Shown one piece after another: positions 10,567-22,553 of a DNA stretch of 64,000 nucleotides. Every line of letters starts with the position of its first letter. Within the stretch, counting starts at the first letter, position 1. The position numbers and the translations under genes are program-made. The stretch comes from Azolla caroliniana (taxonomy: Eukaryota > Plantae > Polypodiophyta): the NCBI GenBank assembly GCA_043228905.1, contig JBHGNT010000014.1, positions 186,001 to 250,000 on the forward strand. The letters are read 5' to 3'. The notes under the pieces are model-generated. The model was not told the origin of the DNA. It made no database searches and worked only from the letters and a program-made list of their open reading frames with translations.

Positions 10567-13500
10567 ATGAATACTCAAATGGGGAGCGCGCTCTCCCTAG
10601 CGAGAAGTTGGATCGCAACAACTTTGCATCTTGGGAGTACAAGATGCACCAATACCTTGTCAGCCAAGGCTATTGGAGCTACATCAAAGGAGCACAAGAA
10701 AATCGACCCAACCCAGAAGACGCCGACTATGCAACATGGGAGCAAGCGGCAAGCCGAGTGATGTATTGCTTGGTGACATGTTTTCACGACCACATGCTCG
10801 GGTACATTCGAGAAGCCAAGACGCCGAAGGAAGCGTGGGAGAATCTACGAAAGATTTTCACCGCCAACACTACCGCGAGAAAGCTTCAACTCCGCCAAGA
10901 GTTGAATAATATCCAAAAAAGGGATATATCCGTCACGAGCTACACCTTGAAGATCAAGGAGCTTTGTGATTCGCTCGGCTCGATAAGCATAAACGTGGAG
11001 GATGATGAGATGGTGCAAATATGCCTCGGTGGCCTTGCACCAAGATTCGGCGCGATGCAGACCGCTGTACTAGCACGGGAGAATCCGGCCTCATTCTTCG
11101 ATCTTCAATCCATGTTGTTGGTCGAAGAAAACCATGTTCGAACAAGGAGTAGCACCTTGGATGGCCAAATGCTCTACACGCATTCAGACGGAGGAAGAGG
11201 ACGCAGCCGTGCAAGAAGAGGCTGATTCGGCCAAGGACGAGGCGGACTGATTTACGAAAACAACTCTCAATTACGGCAACAAGATGGAGGCCATCGTGGA
11301 ACCTTCGGAAGAAGGGGGAGCCACCATTCTGGTCCAAGCCGACAAACCTCAATCGAATGCGGATATTGCGGAAAAGTCGGCCACCATGAAGAATTCACCT
11401 CCTACCTCCAAAGTGAAGGCATTCGGAGAGAATTCTCATGCCGACACACACCCCAACAAAATGGAGTAGCCAAAAGGAAGAATCGGCAAATACTCGAGGT
11501 AGCACGTGCCATGATGCATGAGAAGCACATGTCAAACTTCTATTGGGCCGACGTGGCATCCACGACCGTCTATCTCATGAACCGGTGCACCACTAATGGA
11601 ATGCATGAGCTAACTCCATACGAGCTCCTCGTCGGAAGGAAGTCGATCCTATTGCACCTCAAGGTGTTCGGAAGCATTGTGAATGTACGCATCCCGAACG
11701 AATAACGATAGAAACCCGATGTGAAGTCGGAGGAATGTATCCTCATAGGATACTCGTTCGAGAAGAAGGCATACAAGTGCTACAATCCTTCTACCCGAGC
11801 GGTTCGGGTAAGTCGAGACATAGTCTTTGACGAGTCTGCATCCTGGCACGCACCAGACACAACTTCGACTCCGATCCCGAACGAACAACGACAGAAGCCC
11901 GACGTGAAGTTGGAGGAATGTATCCTCATAGGATACTTGTCCGAGAAGAAGGCATACAAGTGCTACAATCCTTCTACCTGAGCAGTTCGGGTAAGTCGAG
12001 ACGTAGTCTTCAACGAGTCCGCATCCTGGTACGCAATCGTAAGAAGATACGCGAGTCAGCTTCCACTAGCCGACAACTCACCAACTACGCCATCAACTCC
12101 GATTATGACGATCGCGGCGGAATGTTCGTGATGAGACATAGAGCGAATTCTATGTCGGCCTCTACTTGTACTAATGCCTCCAGTCTGGAAGACGTATGGT
12201 TCGTCGATTCCGGTGCCTCGAACCATATGATGTCGCATCAAGAATGGTTTTGAGAACTTCGAGAGCCGGACCGACCTGGCTATGTCGAAACCGGAGACGA
12301 TACTACGCACCCGATTCGGCACATCGGCAATGTTCCGTTCGAAAAAGAAGGTAAGCAAACTTATATTAAAAATGTCTTGCATATACCAACTATCACGAAG
12401 AATTTGGTCTTCGTTGCCCAAATTATAGAGCAAGGAATGCAAGTACGATTTAATCAAGGCGGTTGCTTCATCGAAAAAGAGGGCTGACTCATCGCACGCG
12501 GAGGAAGAGAGGGCCGAATGTTCATTCTCGACTCACACGAGATGAAATCAACCATGTTCGCAAAGGGCATGAAAGCCAATTCCGACATAGAGTTATGGCA
12601 CAAGCGAATTGGTCATATCAACCTCCAAAAACTCAAGGCAATGCAATCGAAAGGAGTCGTCATCAGGCTCCCGACATTCATGGAGAAAGAGATTGAAGGC
12701 GTGTGTGCCGCTTGCCAATTCAGCAAACAACATTGGCACCCATTTCCGAAGGAGCGGAACGTGAGCAAAGGCGTACTCGACGTAATTCATTCCGATGTAT
12801 GGGGTCTGGCTCAAACGACGACATTCGGCGGATGCCGATACTACGTGACCTTCATCGACAACTTCTCTAGGCACACTTGGATCTAGCCAATGCGACAAAA
12901 GAGCGAAGTGTTCGGACACTTCCAAAAATTTAAGAATGAAGTCGAGAAAGCCACGGGCCAACATGTACGATCTATTCGGTCAGATGGAGGCAAGGAGTAC
13001 TTCTCCGACGAATTTTTGGCGTTTCTACGAAAAGAAGGAATACGGCGAGAGTTTTCGTGTCGACATACGCCACAACAAAACGGAGTGGCCGAACACAAGA
13101 ATCGGTACATCCTTGAAGTGGCACAGGCTATGCTTAACGAAAAGCACATGCCGAAATCGTATTGGGCGGAAGCAGCTAACACGACCGTATATCTCATGAA
13201 TCGGTGTACGACATCGGGTGTGCACGATAAGTTCTTTGGAAAGAAGCCAAACCTATCGCATGTTCGGATATTCGGCTCCATTGCGTACGTGCACATCCCT
13301 GACGAGAAGCGTCAAAAGCTTGACCCGAAGTCGGAGAAATGTATCCTCGTAGGATACTCACTGGAGCAAAAGGGGTACAAGTGCTACAACCCCTCAACTC
13401 GAAAATCTTGAGTAAGTCGAGACGTCGTTTTTGACGAGTCCGCATCCTGGTACGAACCAGAGACAACTTCGACTCCGATTCCGCTCGACCCGGAATTCGC

Positions 13501-16182
13501 CGAACAAGAGATAGAGGATGAAGATCGCCTTACACGCATGTTCGAAGAAAGTCTGATCACGACCCGACTGAGCGGTGTCGTGATGTGGCATGTCTAGTGC
13601 GAGAAAAAGTCAAAAATTGAGGATCCACACACATTTCACGAATACTTGTAAAAAATTAAAATAAATAAACCTAGGTCACAATGGCATTGAGTGCATGTAG
13701 AGGGTTGCAAGTAGGATTTGAACCTTGCACCTCTAAGAGGCAATTACCTTACCACTAAAGCTACTACTAAGTGCTTTAGATGTTCTATATTTCTTTCTCA
13801 TATTCAGTATTCCGTAGGAAACAAACGAACAAAACCATGTACACAAAACCACGGTTTTAAGCCCATGGTTTCCTACATATCACAAAGCAAAACTGTGTGC
13901 ACAGAAACCATGGCTCCAAGCCCATGGTTTTGTGCATGGACAAACCTATAAAACCCCTAGTACGGCTTGTGTAAGGGGGGGGGGCTCAATATGATATGAC
14001 CATCATCATCACCATCAATAATATAAGCTTCTATTTCTTCTTCTTCTTCGCATCTATCTTGTAATTATTTATCTACTTCTCAAGTGTACAATCTTCAATC
14101 TTCTCAAGTGTAATAGGTCTTCCTCCAATCTTACATTCACATCGTCCTCTTCTCAATACCTTGACGGACACCCTCCTTGGTCCAAGACCCCGGTGGTCCC
14201 GCTCAAGCGAAGCACGCTCGCACGCGCATCTTCGCGACAGCGGACCACAAGAGCCTTTGAGCGATCAAAGCACATCTCGACCAAGTCCAAAGTTGGACAA
14301 AGGGAAGGCCAAAATGCCGGAGTATGAAGACGCTCATTTCGATGGCAACGAATGGACTCACTCCCTCGATAGTGAGTTCAAAGGCCTTGACATCCGGACA
14401 AATGGAGTGAAGAAAGCCTTAGAATCCGCAAACGAGAAACTATGCCGATCCACCCGTGAAAAGAACCTTGTAATACGCTTCGGTTACGATGAGTATATGG
14501 CATACCATTACGTCTTTATGATGAAGGTCACAACAATACGGGAGTCAGAAACCTTTTCCGAAGCCGTGAAGGACCTGCGATGGATCGAAGCAATGAACGA
14601 GGAGATGCGTGCACTACGTAAGAACGACACATGGGATATCATTCCCCACTCACCGCACAAGAAGATGATAGGTTGCAGATGGATCTACAAGGTGAAGTAT
14701 AATGCTGATGGCTCCGTCAATCGCTACAAAGCTTGACTCGTAGCGAAAGGATATGCACAAACGCATGGAGTTGACTACGAAGAGACCTTTGCCCCGATGG
14801 CAAAGATGACGACTGTGCAAACCATGATCGCACTTGCAACGGCAAAAGGGTGGCCCCTCCACCAAATGGACGTAAGAACGCCTTTCTTCAAGGTGAATTG
14901 GAAGAGGAGGTGTACATGGTTCAACCACCCGGTTTTGAATCCAACATCCATCCGAAAGTTGTATGTCGACTTAAGAAGCCTCTCTACGGCCTCAAGCAAG
15001 CACCACGTGCTTGGCATTCGAAGATTACGCAATGTCTTCATCAAATTGGCTTTTGAATGTCGAAATCCGACAACTCCCTCTATGTACGAAATGAGTCTAA
15101 AAGCCCAATTGTCATCATTCTATACATGGATGATCTCGTTATTGGAGGTGAGCATTTAGTCGACATCAACAAGGTGAAGTCCCTCCTCTCCAACAAATTC
15201 GAGATGATGGACATGAAGGAGCTACACTACTTCCTAGGCATCGAGGTGATTCGGAATCCGGTCGACATTATGATCTCTCAACGGCACTACATTCTCAACT
15301 TGTTATAAAAGTTCGGGATGATGGAGTGCAAATCGATCGCTGCACCTCTCGATAGAAACCTCAAACTAGTGCGATCCGACTCAATATCGACAATTGATTG
15401 GGAGTCTCATCTATCTCACGATCACACGACCCGACCTTAGCTATCCGGTCGGACTCCTTAGCCAATTCATGCAAACTCTGCGAGATATCCATTTCGATTG
15501 TGCTAAGCGAGTATTACGATATGTGAGCGGAACAATGGATTACGACATTCTCTACAAATCGGCCACACCAATACGACTCGAAGGATACACGGATGCGGAT
15601 TGGGATGGCTATAAAGCCAATCGACAATCGACCTCCGGATTCGTCTTCTCCCTCAGCAGTGGAGCGATTTCGTGGAGTAGCAAGAAGCAGCCTACCGTCA
15701 CTCTTTTGAGTATGGAGGTGGAATTCAGGGGCGCAGCCGTAACTGCATGTGAAGCCGTATGGCTTAAGAGGATTTTGAAGGATCTAGGCGTTCCCATCAA
15801 GGATATGACTCCCCTTTACTGCGACAACATGAGTAGTATTTATTTGGCTTGGAACCCGGTGTTCCACGCACGCACAAAGCATATCAAAGTGCACTATCAC
15901 TTCATTCGAGAGCGTGTTCAGGCCGGAGATGTCGACCTTCTACACATCAACACAAATCTTCAAACGGCCGACATCTTCACGAAAGCCCTAGGAGCTGACA
16001 AGCTTCGGCCATTCATGTTAGACCTTGGATTGATGATCCCTGACTTGCCAAGCTTGAGGGGGAGTACAAGCGAGAATCGGATACCGACCGAACCGAGTAT
16101 GAGCCGAAACGAACAACGGAGATCGTCTGAACTGGATACCAACCAAAGCGGACATCAACCGAAAGGAGTCGACCCGAGTTGA
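10567..16182 (+). pseudogene. Copia gag-pol pseudogene with many stops and frameshifts
   Basis: KLDRNNFASWEYKM (gag), WFVDSGAS (PR), HSDVWG/SDGGKEY (INT), [11 protein letters not shown] and YMDD (RT), YCDNMS/TADIFTK (RH). Confidence 0.92.
13576..14239 (+). mobile_element. Solo LTR of the Trp-primed Gypsy family, inserted in Copia-1
   Basis: TGTCGTGA...CGCGACA ends, TSD GCGG on both sides, U5 motif TCCAAGACCCCGGTGGTCCCGC shared with the LTRs of B and D. Confidence 0.88.
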
Positions 16183-16227
16183 GCTTGAGTGGGCATGTTG
16201 AGAATCAAGCTCAACATAGAGCAACGT

Positions 16228-16794
16228 TGTCGTGAAGAAAACCGGCCCTAAGAGGAATCAAGGAATTAAAGGCGTGAACCCGCCCTTGCACAAGTGTGCG
16301 TGAATTGATACATTGTACATAACTAGGAATAGGACGGTTGATGTAAATATACTAGGCATGACATATTTATTAGCTAGGAAATCGACACGTATCTCTATCC
16401 GAAGGGACAAAGAATAAAGTTGATGTGTTTTGATGTAACGGCCTCCTCGGCGACCTATTAAAGGGAGGGGAGAAGAAGAAGAAGGGATCGCGTTTTGGCG
16501 AGGACGAGGTGTTGTCGGACTAGGTATCGAGCTCCAGCAGAGGCTCCATCGTGCATTCTCTATGCCGTGTGTGTGTGCGTGTGCGTGGGTTCTCTGTGTC
16601 AGGTTTGTTGCCGGCTTGCCGGTTGTAATCTTGCATACATTGTAATTTGTAATTCTCTCTCTCTTGTGTTCTCGTGAGTTCCCTCTACCTTGTCTGGTGA
16701 GCATGTATCAGGTTTGGAGACTATACGCGTTTAGGTCTTATTCAGCCAGTAACACTGTCGGCAACAATCAAGCCTAGCCAACGATACGCTTGCG

Positions 16795-16829
<35 letters not shown>

Positions 16830-17268
16830 ATCTCTTAAACCCCTCGGTCCAAGACCCCTGCGATCCCGCCTTAGTTTCTCTCGTGTGAGTGGAACTACAC
16901 GACATAAATTTGGTGAACCCAACGTGAAACAAGGTGGCAGCGGTGGATCAGATAGTAAGCGCTCGCGAGTTATTTGGAGGCCTACCGGGCCGAAATGGTG
17001 ATGAGGGACATTCCGGAAGATAGGCGGTTGGCCGGTTTCCCTCGGTTGGCGACGCTAGGCATTCACGCAGAGGTGCTCGAGGTACAAGCTGGATGCAGGA
17101 CCTGGGGAGAGTTTGAAGGTCGGATCCTTGAGAAATACAGGCTTGATGACTCGCTTCGGCTATCAAAGCGAGAGTTCATGGAGTGGGTGTAGACCCCCGG
17201 AAAGGCGAGGAACACGTCTGCGCTCCTCCAGGAATTTGAAAAACTGTTCGCTCAATTGTCGGCGTTAG
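16228..17268 (+). mobile_element. 5' part of a Trp-primed Gypsy element (LTR 16228-16904, PBS at 16911, gag fragment), inserted in the Copia-1 3' LTR
   Basis: TGTCGTGAAGAAAACC...CGACA, TGGTGAACCCAACGTGA, gag peptide EAYRAEMVMRDIPEDRRLAGF. Confidence 0.88.
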
Positions 17269-17789
17269 GATCAATTTCAACTCCTCGTTCGGTTATGAGA
17301 TGTCCAAGATAAGTAATTGATTTCTTGAAGAACTCGCCTTTTGAGATCTTCGCGTAGAATTGCTGGTCACGCAATGTTTATTAAACAAAGCGGACATGTT
17401 TTGCATGTTCTTCTAATGTACGGCTATAAACTAGAATATCATCCAAGAAAATAACGGAAAATTTTCCAAGTTGTTCTCGGAAAATGTTATTCATTTCTTG
17501 TTGAAATGTAGCCGGAACATTGGTCAAACCAAAAGGCATAACCAAAAACTCATAATGGCCATAACGCGTAGGAAATGCCCTTTTAGGAACATCGTCCTCA
17601 CTTATACGAATTTGATGGTAGCCAGTACGGAGATAAAGTTTCATAAAATACCGAGCTCCCTAGAGACGGTCAATTAGATCGTTAGCCCGAGGCAATGGAT
17701 ACGAATTCTTGATCGTCACTTGATTCAAGCATCGATAATTAATATGCCATGTGCCCTCTTTCTTTTTAACCAAGATAACTGGTGCACGC
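17268..17789 (-). pseudogene. Chromovirus RT fragment related to element A
   Basis: [10 protein letters not shown]...LTNVPATFQ...FLDDILVYS...GHLITERGVEIDP. Confidence 0.9.
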
Positions 17790-17836
17790 ACGACCCAGTC
17801 TGTCGTGAGCCCTTCGTCTGTCTCCAATAGTGGACC
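17790..17836 (-). pseudogene. Inverted micro-fragment of Trp-family gag
   Basis: Minus strand encodes [16 protein letters not shown], compare [12 protein letters not shown] in element E. Confidence 0.75.
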
Positions 17837-17843
17837 TTAAGCC

Positions 17844-18734
17844 ATGAGTGAAAACTCACCGTTCTCGATTGAAGAATATTGTTTGTCATCAGACTCTTCG
17901 TTTTCTACCGAAGAGTATTGTTTGTCGACAAACTCACCATTTTCTATCGAAGAATATTGTCTGAGCTCATCGTCACCTACAACGCTTGTGAATAATGACA
18001 CATGTGAAGAGTTCTCTATTGAAGAATACAATATTAATAAAGATACGGAGAATGAAGCTAGTGCCAATAAAACATCGAATATCATGGGCGATGGTCACAA
18101 CAAAGAATTGGATAGTCGCAAGGTTACACCAACTTCTATGCAGGAAGAGAAATCTGGAAGGCCTATGCATATTAGAAGAATCCCACGAAGAATTTGTCTG
18201 GCTAGATTTAATTTGGTGACATCAGATAAGCAGATTGGATTTGATGTCAAAAAAATATGTTGTGCCCGTGGTTGTATGTCTATGATTGAAAAATCAAAGT
18301 TGCAAGAATTAAGGCGATACTATGTTTTGATGACTGGTGATGAGCAAGACACTTACCTCGGGTCACATATGCAACTAGTGTCTGACAAATGTACGGGGAT
18401 CAAAGTATCATTCGAGTATTATATCTTCCATGCGCAAGATATATGTAGAGTTGCATTCAAAATTGTGTTATGTGTTAGTAACATGCGGCTACATAGAGTA
18501 CAACAACGTCTACTTAACGGGGATCAGATGCTCAATTGTAAAGAGGTTCCAAGTATGAAAGGTGCAATTGGAAGACATGCTATTGGTTGGATGAAAAGTT
18601 ACTTTCAATTAAATTGTGAAGTAATGCCCACTACCGGTAGGATGCACCTCTCTAATAATTACACACATCGGGAAGTTTATGATGTCTATTGATCTGATAT
18701 GGTGGGCTTACGTAATAAGTTTGTCACATATAAC
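17844..18734 (+). pseudogene. Probable N-terminal part of a Sola-like DNA transposase (ORF 17844-18692; frame continues past the TGA to the LTR insertion)
   Basis: CC-x3-C, ICRVAF..L.VS..RL and W...Y....C..MP....HL......VY..Y resemble Sola-type transposase N-termini (recalled, not searched); N-terminal FSIEEYCLS repeats. Confidence 0.5.
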
Positions 18735-19668
18735 TGTTGAGAATCATGACGGGAACTGGTCATTCCTTATGCGCAACGCTCGGCCACAACCAAGCTTAGA
18801 ATGATACACAAACAACGGGAAATAAGACGCGACACAAAGAAGAAGAAAATACACATGAGGTTTACGTGGAAAACCCCAAACTAGGGGAAAAACCACGGCA
18901 GCCCACAGGCTGCAAACTGTCACTATGTAAGAATGTACAAAACAGTGAGTTCACGGAGGCAACGACCTCGGACTCACGATCTTCGCCACAGGCGGCGGTT
19001 ACAACAGAGGCAGCGACCTCTTTCTCTCTCTCTCTCTGTACAACGTGACGTACTCTCTCTTCTTCTTGCACCAACAAGAAAATGACAACAACTACATCTT
19101 AGTTTGCCCTAAGTCATATTTATACTAATATGACTTTTTGGCTGTTTACAAATATAGCCTCGATGGACTATCAGAAAACATATTTACGAATATGTCTCTT
19201 CATCCGGTTCTCCGTAGCCGGGTACTCCTCATCCGGTCTTCACCGGGTCTGCTTCATCCGGTTCTTCGTAGCCGGGTACTCCTCATCCGGTCTTCACCGG
19301 GTCTGCATCATCCGGCTCTCCGTAGCCGGGTACTCCTCATCCGGTTTCGGCCTCGGCCTATCGGCCTTGGCCAAGTTTGTTCATCGGCACTGTTCTTCTC
19401 CCTTCCCATCTGGAGGGACCTGTCTCCCAACAAATCAAGCTCAACATAGAGCAACATGTGAACACACCTTTTGAGAATCTATGATTACTCAAAGGTCAAG
19501 AGTCACACCACCACTCTCTACACATTAAACTATGTGTCATAGATTCATATTCTATGACACATAACTAATGGTTCCACATTCCCCATGACCGTAAGACTTC
19601 ACATTCCTCAAGGCTCTAGTGAGAGAGTGAACGTTGTAGTGAGTAAATGAAGAGAGAGGGCAACTCTT
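18735..19668 (+). repeat. Truncated Copia-1-type LTR interrupted by a solo LTR
   Basis: TGTTGAGAATCA at 18735 continues at 19438 as AGCTCAACATAGAGCAAC, matching 16196-16225. Confidence 0.8.
18747..19432 (-). mobile_element. Solo LTR of the Copia-3 family
   Basis: TG...CA ends, 5-bp TSD AATCA, homologous to 34076-34854 and 39686-40347. Confidence 0.9.
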
Positions 19669-20033
19669 GGTGTGCAAGGCTCCTTCACTTCTTTTACCCG
19701 ATCCTTCAAAACCTTTTGAGGTTGAAACCGATGTAAGCGATTATGCTATAGGTGTTGTCCTATATCAAGATGGTAAAACAATAGCATTCGAGAGTAAGAA
19801 ACTTGATTCTGCTCAATGTCGGTATACCATTCAAGAAAAGGAATAAAGGCAAGGTCTAGTGTAGCATTCCAGACAATAGGTTTTGTAGACTTACGTGTTT
19901 GACCTTTTAGAAGATTAGTAAACGATGTCGTCAATTGGGAGTAATTACAAAGGGATTTTCGAAAAAACCCGAAAAAACCAAGGAATGATCAAACTTCTCG
20001 AATATTCCGAAGAGTGGGCCAAAGCTTGATTTT
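19669..20033. pseudogene. Two oppositely oriented chromovirus RT/RNase H fragments (19669-19843 plus; 19845-20033 minus)
   Basis: Plus: [21 protein letters not shown]...QEKE. Minus: [19 protein letters not shown]...LLKGQTRKSTKPIVWN. Confidence 0.82.
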
Positions 20034-20117
20034 CTCGTTGGACCGAACTGTGCTCGACACGAGCTGGGTCTTGTTGTTCGTCAAAGCGGTGGACGCGTTG
20101 GACCGGGAGAAAGTGGG
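20034..20117 (+). pseudogene. Trp-family gag fragment continuing the gag broken at 17268
   Basis: [27 protein letters not shown]. Confidence 0.8.
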
Positions 20118-20299
20118 TAAAATGATCTACTATTGTGAGAATAGAATCAAAACCCTTGGAAGGTGGTAGATTCGTAATGAAGTCCATTGAAATAGATTTC
20201 CATGGACTCTCAGGAATAGGCATTGGCTGTAATAAGCCATATGGATGTTGTCGAGGTTTTGTCATGACGACATACATTTTGGCCTTACAAGGATTGTGA

Positions 20300-22553
20300 A
20301 CAAGTAAACCATCATGCCAATTGAACTGGTTGTAATCTTGACGAGGATTTTGAGATTGTGAACAAGAAGCACGATCTGGGATAATATGGCTCAGAATATC
20401 TTGGGCGAATTCATCAATCTCAATATGCCCCTGAATGGAGTCTAGAAGACTTGAATCCTCGGGTGTGTCTGTAGCATGAAAAGCCATTAGTCGTAGACAG
20501 TAAGGACCCAAGAGGATTTGCTTCTGACTTTCAAATGCGGCCTCTCATGGTTGAAGTTCCATATATGAACGCCGAGATAAAGCATCTGCTTTGCCTTGTT
20601 GCGTCCCAGGGCAATATAGAATTACAAAATCAAAACGAGTTAAAAATTGCGCCCAACGAGCTTGTCGACGACTCAAGACTCGACCACTTTGGAAGTACAT
20701 TAGATTTTTGTCATCATTATAGACAATGATTTGTTGAGACGAACCCTCCAAAAAATGACACCATTGTTGAAAAGAATCCACAATGGCAAGAAGCTCTTTG
20801 TCGTGAATCTCATAGTTGATTTTTGTAGCTTCGAATTTCCGTGAATGAAAAGCCACAGGGTGCAGTTGGCCATCATTGCTAATCTGGGATAATACGCTTC
20901 CTAGTGCGAAGTCAGATGCATCAGCTTCTAGTATAAAGCGCTTCAATGGATCAACATGCATCAAAATTGGTGCAGATGTAAATGCTTGCTTTAATCCTTC
21001 AAATGCAGAGTTTGCATTTATACTCCACACAAATGGTTGATTCTTCTGTGTCAGTTGAGTGAGGGGCAATACGATCTTTGAATAATCTTTGATGAACTTG
21101 CGATAAAAGTTTGCGAACCCTAAAAAACATTGTACATCTCGCACAGACTGTGGTGTTTGCCAATCCAAAACTGTTTGAACCTTTGCTGGATCCATAGAGA
21201 TGCCATGTGAAGAGACTATGTACCCCAAAAATTCCACTTGACGCTGGTCAAAGCTGCACTTCTCCAATTGTGCATAGAGACCATATTCACGCAACCATTG
21301 CAAAGCTTGTCAAACGTGTATATCATGATCCTCTTGAGTTTTTGAGTAGATCAAGATATCATCTAGGTAAATTATGACGAAAATATCGAGGAAATCTCAA
21401 AAAATGTCATTCGCCATATGTTGGAAAACTGTTGGTGCATTCGTGAGACCAAATGGCATCACTGTATACTCAAAATGGCCATAGCGAGTACGAAAAGCAG
21501 TCTTCCATTCATCCCCAGGACGAATTCGAACAAGATTGTAAGCACCTCGAAGATCTAACTTTGTGAAATACTTAGCTCCATTGAGGCGTTCCAGAAGGCT
21601 CAAAATCAATGGTAGAGCATATCGGTTTCGAATAGTTACTTTATTCAATCCTCGATAATCCACGACCAGACGAAGCGAACCATCTTTCTTCTTAATGAAA
21701 AATATGGGTGCACCGACAGGAGATCTTGAATGCTGGATAAACCCATTCGCCAAGTTCTCATCAATATATTCCCGAAGAACCTGTAACTCTGTGGGTGAAA
21801 GGTTATAAATTGGCCCCCATGGAGGCTCTTTTCCGGGCTGCAAATCAATCGGGCAATCATATGGTCGATGCTCTGGTAGTCTATTTGCCTTCACCTTATC
21901 AAAAACATCGGAGAATTCTATATATTTCTTCGGTAGTTGGACCCCCGATTCTTGTGAGCTCGATGTGGGAGTTGCTAAAACTTCGAACACCAACATGTCT
22001 TCCTTTCGTCCTTCCTCACGTAATTGATGTATAGAGATTGTCGAAATCTTTTGGAATGTCATATCCTTTGTTGGAGTTTTAAGAGGCTCAGAATGTATTG
22101 TGACTTCTTCGATGGTTCTTTTTCTCCAATCAATAGTTGGGTTATGTAGCTCAAACCATGGAAGACCAAGAACTAGGGAGTGCTCTGGACTACTAATGAT
22201 GTTGAATGAGATGACACTAGCCAAATTGCCTAGGACTACATGAATTGGTTCAGACTCTTCAACTATATCACCTGATGCTATGGGGCGTCCATCAATGACT
22301 CCGACTGACACTGGGCTTGGGAGCTTATGCAACTGAATATTATGCATTACAGCAAACTCACGATCCATGAAACAAGAGTTGGCTCCAGAGTCTAAGAGGG
22401 CAGAAGCTGGGACTCGATGGCACCTAGATGTGTTAAGCTCAACTTGAGCAGAGAAAACTCGACTAACTTGACCGGATGAAATGGAACCACAACTAAGGAC
22501 AGACGTTACATGCCTAGGGTTGTCCAACCAAATGGCTCCAATTTTGGCCGGAC
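20300..22553 (-). pseudogene. PR-RT-RNase H of element G (nonsense mutations, no integrase)
   Basis: [27 protein letters not shown]. Confidence 0.9.

Larger units (their letters stand above)
10180..16227 (+). mobile_element. Degenerate Ty1/Copia element (Copia-1); 5' LTR truncated (left boundary approximate), 3' LTR interrupted at 16227
   Basis: LTR end TTTACA at 10394, iMet PBS TGGTATTAGAG at 10395, gag-PR-INT-RT-RH order, 3' LTR start TGTTGAGAATC at 16196. Confidence 0.9.
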
